A DNA stretch of 59,579 bases, the filler included, from Sphacelaria rigidula (taxonomy: Eukaryota), in NCBI GenBank assembly GCA_964200075.2. It is 5 parts of 5 records of this genome, joined end to end, with 100 filler letters (N's around TTAATTAATTAA, not from the genome) between each part and the next. Parts side by side here need not be neighbours in the genome. Positions count along the whole stretch, not along the records: positions 47,746 to 59,579 come from CAXNAA020004444.1; 4 more parts are not named here. One strand, written 5' to 3'. This document shows, piece after piece, positions 49,637 to 59,579 of the stretch. A model generated the notes under the pieces. That model was not told where the DNA came from. It did no database searches and saw only the letters and a list, made by a program, of their open reading frames with translations. A program made the position numbers and the translations under genes. Position 1 is the first letter of the stretch. Each line of letters opens with the position of its first letter.

Positions 49637-52600
49637 CTAAAGTCGGTGTCCCCTTTCCCGCGTTAGGCGCTCCAGTTCCTGGCGGGATAGCTCCTCCCAG
49701 TCTCCGTATTTGTATTGTACTCGCCAAAAGCGGCTTCCGTAGTCATACACCTGACCTTTGACCTCAACACCTCCAAAGTCTTTCCAAAAGGTAACATCTG
49801 TGGGGAAAAGCTTCAAGGCATCACTGCGCGACAGGGGAGCCGGGCGCTTCTTCGAGTGCGAGGGCGGATTGGGTGCAACTGCGGGGTGGTACAGGTGCCA
49901 AAGTGCGTGGAAAGCGTCGAGTTCAAAAGGAGAAAAACTGTCTCGAAGCTGACTCTCAGGCAACCAGTCCGACATCTCCCACCCGGGAGTCTTCGCCTTA
50001 TATTCCCATTGCTTCGTGCCTGTCATGGAGTAGATCTCGCGGCGATCCACCAAGGTGGCGAATTCGTGATGTTGGTGAGGAGTGGTGTTGGTCTTCCAAT
50101 CTATACCCCATACGTGTTGAGCAAACTCGTCAGCTATGGAGTGCCTAAGGTGTGATGGATGAACATGAAAAGGTTTTACCTCTGACACGACTACCCTACG
50201 TGTAAGACGTGTACGGCCCGGCATGACTACTTGTACACTAAGGCCTGTCATCAGTACCTCCTTTACTCTCCAGGGCCCGTATACCTTTCGTGTTGCAGTT
50301 TTCTCCTCTTACGATTACGGTGTATCTTGCTGCCTGATTCGCCTACCATGACCACATCTCCTTCTCTAGCAGACACCCAGGCGGAGGGTCTCATGATGGA
50401 GGCGTTCATTTTCGCACGAGTCGATTCCTTCGCGGTGTGCCTCTTCTCAAGAGCTAGACGTGCCTCCTTGAGGTTCTGTCTGTGCTGCTTTACGAAGGCA
50501 TCCAGTCCTTTACCCGATTCCACCCCATGGGAGAGGGGAATGAGCGAATCTAGAGACGTGCGGGGCTCACGACCGAACCAAAGCTCGAACGGGGACATTG
50601 CGGAGGGTAGGGAAACCTCAGGTAAGGTAAGCTTGATCCAGAGTGCGGTAGAGACATACTCGTCCCATCTCTGGGGCCATGACTTACATAGCTCCGCCAG
50701 TATGTCTAGTAGCCATCCTCCCAACCTCTGGGCTGTTCCTTGTCCTCTGGGGTGATCGGAGGGTCTGAAAGCAATGTCTGCTTTCAGCTATCTGCACAGG
50801 TGCGACACCACCTGGGCTATAAATTCCTTTCCTCCGTCACTGCGGGTTTTCTACGGCACGCCGAATGTCAAGCATAGCTCGACAAGGATGCGAGCTACAC
50901 TTTCAGCCTGCTCTGTCTCGAGTGGAAAACCGGACGGAAACTTAAAGGGTCGATACTTCGATTAATAGCATGCACCTGTTGTTCGTTTGCGATGCAGCGT
51001 CTACGCTCAGCAAGTCCATCGCTAACTCTTCCCGTGGGTTTACTGCTCGTCCAGGCGTCATTGCAACCTCGCGGCTACTAGCCCTCTTTCTCCCCCTACA
51101 GCTGCAAGATAACACGTATTGCCTGGTATCCTTGATCGTCGACGGCCAGAAAAGCTGATCGCGCATCAAAGACAGCGTGGCGCCTACTCCAGCATGGCCA
51201 TGTAAAGTGTGTACCAACGCCAAGATGTCGGGTACCACAGCAGAGGGGATGGCTAGCAACGGTTTCTCAGTGTCTTTCGTATACCACGCCACACCTTGAT
51301 CATCCAGACTGTATTTTTGCTCAACGTTGCCACTCACCGTACTCTTGACGTTTTTATTTTTTCGCACTGGGCACCTCCTTTCCCCCCTGCACCTCGTGAG
51401 CACTCACCATACTCTCGCAGTCTGCATCACCCGTACTGGGCACCTCTTGTCCCCCTTGCACCTCGTCGGCACCTACCACACTCCCGCCATCCTCGTCACT
51501 CGTACCGTGCGCCTTCCCCCCCCCCCAGTATCGATCTAACCTGCCCCAAGAAGGTGTCCTCCTCCTGTTGGCGTTTCAGCTTGGGTGGGGTCGTCAACAT
51601 CTGCATTGCCTTCTCGACTGCGGACGTGTCCACCGCGGTTTTCGTCGTAGTCGAAGGACTATCCCCCTCAGCAGTGAGCACTTCTGCCACTCCCAGCCAC
51701 TCGCTTATGGGGGCAGGGGTGATGGGAATAGGCTCCGTCGTAGGAACTTCAATAGGCGTGAGACCTACCGGCGGCTGAAGCTCCATCTGAACATCTGTGG
51801 GCACGGTACGTGTGCGAGCAGCGCCGGGGAACTGCAAACGCACGGATGGTCGGCGAATTCTCGGGGAACAACGGGGTGATTCGTCTTCTATTGACGCGCA
51901 GTCAGCGAAAGGGAGTGTTTGCGAGGTGTCAAGGTATTTCTCCTCGGCTACATCCATGTGTTCTCTCTTGAAACCATAGGCTGACAACTCTGACAACCAT
52001 TTTCCCGTCCAGTTGTGGACCGCGGGACCCTGCGGCTTCCGAGGGTGTGCCAGAGGTGAAGTCGTCGGGGAATGAGTCGTTTATGTCGTCTCCTGGTTCC
52101 TGTTGATGCGGGAGACAGGACATAGCGTCAGGTAACACGTGTTGGGTTCCTTCTCGCCATCGAAGTTCCATATCGTACTCCATGAGTCGGAGCGCCCACC
52201 TGTGTAGCTTGGGACACAGATCACGACTACGAAACAACCGTGTCAGCGCGGAACAGTCGGTGACTAATGTAAACTTTCTGCCCGCTAGGTATGATCTAAA
52301 GTGTTGGACCCCCCATATTACGGCCATACATTCCCTCTCCGTGGGTGCTCGGCGCGAGTCTGTACGTGAAAACCGATGACTCACAAATGCGATGATGCGA
52401 GACTCGTCTCCCACTGGCTGTAGGAGAGTGGCCCCCGCACCGACTATACTGGCATCCGTCTGCAATTCGAACGTGCTGTTCAAGTCGGGGAAAGCGAGCA
52501 TCGTTTGTGATGCTAGGGAAGACTTCAGTGTCTGGAACGCTGCTTCCTGGTTATCACCCCACGTAATGGTCAACTTCCGTGCACGACGTGAGGCAAATCT

Positions 52601-53500
52601 TTTGTTGCGAGAATGTTGGTCAACGGGGTGGCTATGATGCTGTACTTATCAACAAACTGTCTGAGGTACCCGATAAGTCCGAGAAACGAACGGAGTTCCT
52701 CAGCAGTGCGTGGACGTGGCATCTTAACGACTGCGATGAGTTCAGACGGGGCCTATTGTATGCCTGTACTATCGATCAACATGCCAGGGAATTCCTTGTA
52801 CGGTGCTGCAAAGCCGCATTTGGCAAAGTTCACCGAGAATCCTGCAGTCGACAATCGTTGCAAGATTATGGTAAGTAGAGCCAAGTGCTCGTCTCACGAG
52901 GGGCTGGCTATGAGATGTCATTTAGCCAGCTGTGCACGCCAGTCAGGTTGCCTATCGTTGATTTTACTCCACGAGTGAACACTGTCAGTCCAAAACCCGC
53001 CCTGGTGAACTCGAAGAGGAAGTTGTCTGCATCTCTAAACGCCGTTCCGTGGCGGTCTTTCTCAGCAATGTCAATTTGGTGAAATCCTGAGGCTAGATGT
53101 AGTCGCGTGAAACATCACTTGCCCTTCAGACCATCGAATATAGATTGCATGTCGCTATCAGACACTAAAATCTTGTTCAGAGCACGCCAGTCGATGCACA
53201 GGCGCAAGGTATCATTCAACTGTTTTACATGAAGACATTACGCGGCCCAGGGGAAAGTTGAGGGGCGGATAACGTCGCGGTCAAGAAGCTTGTGAATTTC
53301 TTCTCTGATCATTCGGCGTTTTTCCGGCGAGAAACAGAATTGTTTCGCGGCAAAGGGTGTGCTAGCCTCGTCAATCAGTGGCAATTTTAGCTCACCATTG
53401 ATGCAGGCTGGCACTCGCTTGGGATCCGTAGGAAACAACCCTGCTTCCACGAAATCCCCTAGGAGGCGCACAAGTTCCGCCTTCTCTGCTCCCCCAAGCT
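49637..53500 (-). pseudogene. pol: Fragmented retroelement pol (RT, RNase H, integrase, chromo-like and Tudor-like tail)
   Basis: ORF fragments 53238-53930, 51929-52573, 51496-51996, 50942-51403, 50263-50724 and 49637-50251 are colinear but separated by stops and frameshifts. Confidence 0.88.
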
Positions 53501-53864
53501 GCCCCATGTTTGCATCCGATACTCGGGCCTGGCGAGGTTCTGAGGGTATTTGGTCACTCTCGGGGCACGAAGGGGGTGTGGGCAAGGTAGGTTGGTCTAC
53601 TGTTGATAGCGTGTCGTCGAAAAGTGAGTGAAAGCGAGCAGGATCGCGCACATTGAGGGCTATCATGCGCGCAATTATCCCGGAGGTTTTCACTTCGGCT
53701 CTATCTTTACCTCGGTTTACCGACTTACAGTAAACCGGAAACCCTGGTACCCACCACAACACTCCTTTAGCTATCCCTACCAACGCTTCACCGTCCAGAT
53801 CGTACTTAGCCAAGGGCAGCATCAGAACGAGCCGCCTGTCCTGCGGCTGGGGTCCCATAGTTAC

Positions 53865-54177
53865 CGTTTGGCGCTCTAGTTCCTGGCGGGATAGCTCCTT
53901 CCAGTCTCCGTCTTCGTATCGTCTCGCCAAAAGCGGCTCCCGTAGTCATACACCTGACCTTTGACCTCAGCACCTCCAAAGTCTTTCCAAAAGGTAATAC
54001 CTGTGGGGAGAAGTCTCAAGGCATCACTGCGCGATAGGGGAGCGGGGCGCCTCTTCGAGTGCGAGGGCGGATTGGGTACAACTGCGGGGTGGTACAGGTG
54101 CCAAAGTGCGTGGGAAGCGTCTAGTTCCAAAGGAGAAACTCTGTCTCGGAGCTGGCTCTCAGGCAACCAGTCCGACA
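53865..54177 (-). repeat. Second copy of the integrase C-terminal segment at 49661-49974
   Basis: Direct alignment gives about 25 differences in ~314 nt (~92% identity), including a 1-nt deletion. Confidence 0.95.
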
Positions 54178-54814
54178 CCTTGTTCCGGATTTATCGTTTA
54201 TTTTTCAGTCGACGAGACTCCATGTATCATATTTTTGCTATGCTTAGTCCGACAGGTCATGTGCCACTTTTGGGTTTGTGTGATTTCGGTAGGAGCTGGC
54301 CCCCAGGCTTCCACAGCCTTTTGGGAACTCCTCTCAAATCGCATCAGCAGCTACTAGCCTGTTCGCCGATAATACAAGAAGCATCTATGCAATCTCCGGG
54401 ACTGCCTTATCAGAGGTGTCTCTTGTCTTCTTCTAAAGTAAGCCTGACTTCCCTGCAACGGATGTTGTTCCAATGTTCTTGCTGGGCCAAATGCATGTCG
54501 TCCTGACTGCATAAACATCTGTTGGCACGCTTTTACAAAAGTTGAACTTGGTCGGATCGATGCACTTGAATGTGTTTGAGCACAACAGTGCTCGGGTGCC
54601 CACGGACTGGCACCCTACACCACTAGTCTGTTACCATCGATTCGCGACATGTTGACCTATCCGAGAATGGACCTCGGGTTTCCACAGACACAACGGTCAA
54701 ATTAGAGTAAGGTGCAAAATAATGGAAACATAAGGGCAAGAAATACGCGTGCAGATGACAGCATGCGATGCGATAGAACGCAAGAAAAGTACAACCGACA
54801 GTAGGCGGCAGAAG

Positions 54815-54885
54815 CAAAAACAACAACAACAATAACAACAACAACAACAATAACAATAGCAATAACAATAACAACAGAAAACAAC
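54815..54885. repeat. (CAA/TAA)n low-complexity tract
   Basis: Directly visible. Confidence 0.9.
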
Positions 54886-56009
54886 AGGACAGCAGTACGG
54901 CGGGCAGCGGCAGCAGCAACAAACAACAGCACCGCTGCAAGGCGAAAGCACAAGAACAACAAATAGCAACAGCACACCAACGCGGCAGCGGAACGCAGAC
55001 AGCAAAACAGCAGCACAGCCGCGCGGCGAAAACCCTACGCCGACATAGGTAGAGCATAACAGCTGTGTGGAACAGCTGCCCCGAAAAGTCCTGAAGTATG
55101 GCGCCTAAAGTAAGATGCCGCATCCGTCGCGATGAAAAATTGATGAAAAATTGTAGCGCGTATGGATGTGCTCTCGTGCCACCGTAATTGCCATTCCATC
55201 ATTAACATCGGCTACTTTCCAGGCGCTCCACAGTATGACACAAATGTATCATGTACAAAGTACCACGTCTGAATGAACTTTGAGATGAGACGGCATGGAG
55301 ATATTGTATATTTCCTTTGAGGCCCCGATGCTATCTTACCCCCCAAGCCATGACTACACTCTTGGCGGGAGGACTGGCCAACCAAGGACTCGCGTAGACC
55401 AGGGAGCATCATGTGATAATGTACGTACAGACCCTCATGATATACACGCTGAACTATATAGTACGTCAGTTGATATCTCGTGGTCACTGATACAGTGACT
55501 GTGTTTGTGATATACGGTCTGTACTGTCATACATTTGACTTCGAGGACCTAGGTAGTGTACGATCCAATATAGATTCTTGAAAACATCCGTATCAACCAC
55601 CGTGACTCGGTCATCAAGTCTCCCGCCACAAGCTGCTGGCAGAAAAGACTGCGCAGGTACAAATTCCAGACTGCCTGCACGCGACCGATATGACAGTGCT
55701 GTAGATCCACCCTTCATTTTTTTGTGTTTCTCCCCTTCTGTTCTTCTCGATTTTCTCGCTTTTTTTCCCCATCTCTTTTTTCGTATTACTTTTTTTGCGT
55801 TCGTTTTTGCTTTTCTGTTTCGTCTCGCCACGCCTTTTTGTTTAGTATATTTCGTTCCTTCCAATCTTCTTTCCTTACATCTGTCCTTTATCGAGCTTCC
55901 TTCGGCGAATACTTTTTTTGTTTCACCCTGCGCACGTTTGCCTGGTGAATGATGACCACGATTGGAATCCTTGGACATCAGTTAACGTGCGATAAGCAAT
56001 CAAACAACC

Positions 56010-56135
56010 AATGTTGCCTTCCTCGGGACAAGCCCGTAGTCTCAAGGAATCAACTATCTCTCCCCTGTACTTGCCTGACGCTTTGGTATCGCGGATTGGA
56101 TCATGACCAACACTCACGTGCCGCGTCGATTTTCG
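56010..56135 (-). repeat. Repeat family B, reverse partial copy
   Basis: TCTCTCCCCTGTACTTGCC..TTTGGTATCGCGGATTGGATCATGAC. Confidence 0.75.
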
Positions 56136-56589
56136 TTACGTTTTCATTGCGTGTCACTTCATCACGTTTTCACCGACAATAACCAGGTACTACTCCTGAT
56201 GGTAAAGCCGTGTGGAAATATATCCGCTGGAAGTCGAACTCCCCACTCCGCCCTAATCGGCTTATAAACTTTACCTTTTAAATTTGGACCACCGTGGTAT
56301 AACGGCCTCATACAAGCATCACAATCATCACAATATACGTTCCAGAGACCACACACAATCAGTACAGGTAGCCAACGGTGAGACTACAGATGTGTGTGTA
56401 ATTCACCCCTCACAATGCCATTTATCGTGTGACTTACGGCTGAATCTCTCGGGTACCATCATCACTAAATGTGCGACAATCAGTCGGATCAATCGAATCC
56501 ATCGAATCAAATGCAAATGCAACTGCCGCCGCACCCTGGCTATCTAAAAAATACTACAAATGACGCTAACTAGGTCGGGGGGGAGGGAA

Positions 56590-56840
56590 CCCTTCAGATG
56601 CGCTTGGATATTCTTCTTGGAGATATCTGATTTTCCGTCGTTAAAAGAATCTGGGAGCTTGAGAAGCAAATGAAGTATATTTTGCGAGAGTTGACGCAGT
56701 GCGGCAGTGCTGATAGTCACGATCCAATCCGCGATACCAAAATGCAAGGCGTGTACCGGGCAAATGGTGGATTGATCAGTTTAGACCACGGACTCGTCCC
56801 GAGGACGGGGAGGGGAAGAAAGTGTCAAAGATTTTTTTTA
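56590..56840 (+). repeat. Repeat family B copy
   Basis: Aligns with 30890-31150. Confidence 0.85.
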
Positions 56841-58344
56841 TTCAAATTCTACGGTGAGGGCACCGTGTATGTAGCAGGAATCCCTATCGCACAGTCGCGT
56901 TCTCTGTGGGCTCATACTCCTTCCGTAGGTGGCGTCATAGTCGTCGACGGGGGTGGTATTCACCGTGTTGGTCTACGCTACAGTACCCGAGTGGCGTACC
57001 CCTGTGATCTTGGGTGCGGCTTCAGGTTGATGTGGGTGTCCCTCACATCATCAGAATACAGTACAATCTACGCACAGTGAACACCTCGACTGTCGCGGGC
57101 GGAGGTCTCACGCCTAGAAACAAGATCGTGCCCGAAAGGATTGCCTTGTTTCGTACCAGAGGATGTTTGCCTGTCCTGCTTGATGGCTGAAAATGCTAAC
57201 CCTAACCCACTTCCTTTCTATTTTTGCGACGTAGGAAAAGACTGGGGGTCATGCGGTACCCTTGCCGGAAGAGATCGCCAGCACACCGTCCGCCGATCTT
57301 CGGGTGCTTTTCAGGTAAGAGGTCAACTGATTATCCCCACATAATTTCGTGCAAGACGCGAAAATTGCTGTCCACACATGGAGTTGAGAAGAGACATCAG
57401 TACTTAAATTGGACGAGCTAGTCTGTGCACAGGTGCTTTGATCTGAAAATGACGACGTGTTTGAAATGAAAAAAAACACGTCTGTTTTTAGCAGCGTGTT
57501 CCTGGCAAACGACACGATCTTGGCGTCGAAACAAAACGTTACCATGTTTCCACGTTCTGCTGAAATATATTTTGTGTGCTGTCATTAAACACAACTGTCC
57601 TGGGGTATAATGTGTCGGTTCATGCCGCCTACGCCCACGAAGTTCCCTGCCCTCCGGGTAAAAAAAACGGCTGTATCTACTCGCGAATATCCTAGGGCGC
57701 CGTGGTCGCGTGGAGCATCTACAAGAGCTCTCTTCATTTGGATGTCCCGCGTTGTACCCACGGTCCGAAGCAGAAACTCTGCTACTTGTTTATTCCGGGG
57801 CCCTTTTCCGGAGCTTATGTTGAAAAACAACTCGCTCACTCTCGAGCAGAAATCTCTGTGCATCAATCCATTGAATTTTGATGCTCAAGCGCTCCAGTTG
57901 GTTGGACATTCCCCAACTTACGAGTGCCACGCTAAATGACTGTCAAAAGATCGACTACGCCCCTGCTTGACCTCGAGCGCTACGTTTTAGCACCCTCTGA
58001 TACTTGCTGAAATACTTGTGATACGCACACTTGACTGTTCCACCTGGACCCGTACTTTCGGAACACTTTCTGGCAGGGAGGTATCGGAACAGTCGGAAGC
58101 CGAAATTCTCCCGCCTGCGGCAGGTTTCCATCGTGGTGGCGTTCCGGCAGGGCCACGTGCTTTATCTCCCCTGCTTGATACCGGAGATGCCAGAATTAAC
58201 GACCTCAGTCTCGGCCTGTACGCCCCGAGCAGCCATGCTTTGGTGATAAAGGTGAGGGTGACATGAAGTAACCGAGAATAGTGTTTCCACCCTCCTCGCG
58301 TTTCTCCTGTTGCTCGCTTCTGTTGCTGCGGATTGGAATCGTGG

Positions 58345-58600
58345 GTTTGATTCCCGAAGCGTTGGTTTTTTGCTTCGAAGTATCTGATTTCCACCGTCGA
58401 CAGCGTAAGTACATGGACGAACAAAAAGTAGTTGACTAAATTTGTATGACGAGAGTTAGCGCGGTGCGTGCTAGAGTGCTGACCCAACCCACGAGATGAA
58501 AATGCAAGGCATGTGCCGGGGAGAGACGAATTGAACCGTTGAGACCACGGACTCGACCCGAGAAAGGGGAGGGGTTCAAAGTGCGACGAATAAAATGAGT
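58345..58600 (+). repeat. Repeat family B copy
   Basis: Aligns with 30890-31150. Confidence 0.85.
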
Positions 58601-59480
58601 AAAAATAAGTAGTAAGAAATCCGCGCCGACTTTGACGAGTTTGTTTTTTACACCACGGGCATACGCTAACTGTTGAATCGTGTTTTGCAAATTGTATCCA
58701 ACAATCTCTTTTTGATTCGAGTGCATTGGGGGGCATGCATCGATCAAAGCCCGAGGGCTCCGCCCACATGCCTTACCCTTGCTATTTACTCCCTCTTGAA
58801 AACAAAGCGTCAGGGGCGGGATTGAGGGGGGGCGACCCTTCTGGCTAGAATAACGGAACCCGATTTGGAGACCACCCTCGCGCATCCGAACTGTCGTTCT
58901 TCCTTCGCCGCGGCATTCGTCCAGTCGCACATTCGTCCGTTTACACTTCAGCTGCGCACTGGAATGCCTGGTTATTTTCATGTTCGCCGGCTGCCGCCTC
59001 TTTGGGTGTAGTGCAGATTTTTGACTGGTACACGTAGTACCAACACTTTGAGTGCTCATGCTATTTGTGCCGAGAATATGGGCGCCGGTCGCCACGTCCT
59101 TCCGCGTTCAAAGTCGTCGATACTTGATGATGATTCATGATGTAGGCGTAGGTGGACGTTAGCTAGACCTGGGGGCTTCCAGGATGAGTTTCCCCCTGAA
59201 GCGCGCTCAACCTATGTCCAACAGGGTACTTGGACAAAAAAGGGTTCACGTCTCCCCCACAGGTCTCCCCCCTCCCCCGCTCCACCCCCTCCCTGCCAGA
59301 GAAGACGAGGGATGCCTTAGACAGTAGGGGCAAAAGCTTTTCAAGACATTGTCGGTTGAATTGGGAGGACCGGTTACCATCTCCCGACAGCTCTATTGAA
59401 GCAGGGTTCCATTTTGTTTTTGAGGATGCAATGTCCATAGTCTAGCAACAAGAGCGAGCAAATACACGGGCACGTCTACT

Positions 59481-59513
<33 letters not shown>

Positions 59514-59579
59514 CATTACCCACGGTGCCCCGCGACTGATCCTGGGTGGGGTGGAGAGCATCCGCCTGTGCCAAGAAAA

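Larger units (their letters stand above)
49121..54700 (-). mobile_element. Degenerate Ty3/Gypsy LTR retrotransposon (RT-RNaseH-integrase order)
   Basis: RT: IRPSTFPWAA*..LRLCIDWRALN..ASGFHQI..GFGL..WLNDI (~52600-53400). RNase H: FELQTDASIVGAGATL..TERECMAVIWGVQHFRSYLAGRKFTLVTDCSAL (51929-52573). Integrase: HTLHGHAGV..FWP..CSC and WDEYVSTALW..SPFELWFGREPRT (50263-51403). Multiple stops and frameshifts. Outer limits are approximate. Confidence 0.92.

Noticed and set aside
49661..54177. The 314-bp direct repeats as an LTR pair
   Set aside because: They encode the integrase tail, lack TG..CA ends, PBS and TSD, and do not enclose gag.

Overview
Intron-rich eukaryotic nuclear DNA from a draft scaffold. 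Short GT-AG exons, long repeat-filled introns and recalled repeat motifs suggest a brown alga or related stramenopile; this is inference. Four 100-nt scaffold gaps carry a TTAATTAATTAA linker. Hand splicing recovers five protein genes: (1) a RelA/SpoT homolog (+, 8 exons, 468-10413) with a catalytically degenerate HD domain and no visible synthetase exons; (2) CFDP1/BCNT (Swc5) (-, 13365-19383) with one unlocated exon; (3) an LRR + EF-hand protein (+, at least 18 exons, ~26.4-35.55 kb, cut by a gap); (4) a tomosyn/Lgl-type WD40 + R-SNARE protein ending in a CaaX-like CCVA (-, 37653-~43207); (5) a divergent 1056-aa single-ORF, Gln/Gly/acidic low-complexity protein (+, 44124-47294). A decayed Ty3/Gypsy element (-, ~49.1-54.7 kb) has a chromo-like plus Tudor-like integrase tail that is duplicated. 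The window also holds several MITE/SINE-like families and a pre-miRNA-like hairpin. Most short six-frame ORFs are noise.
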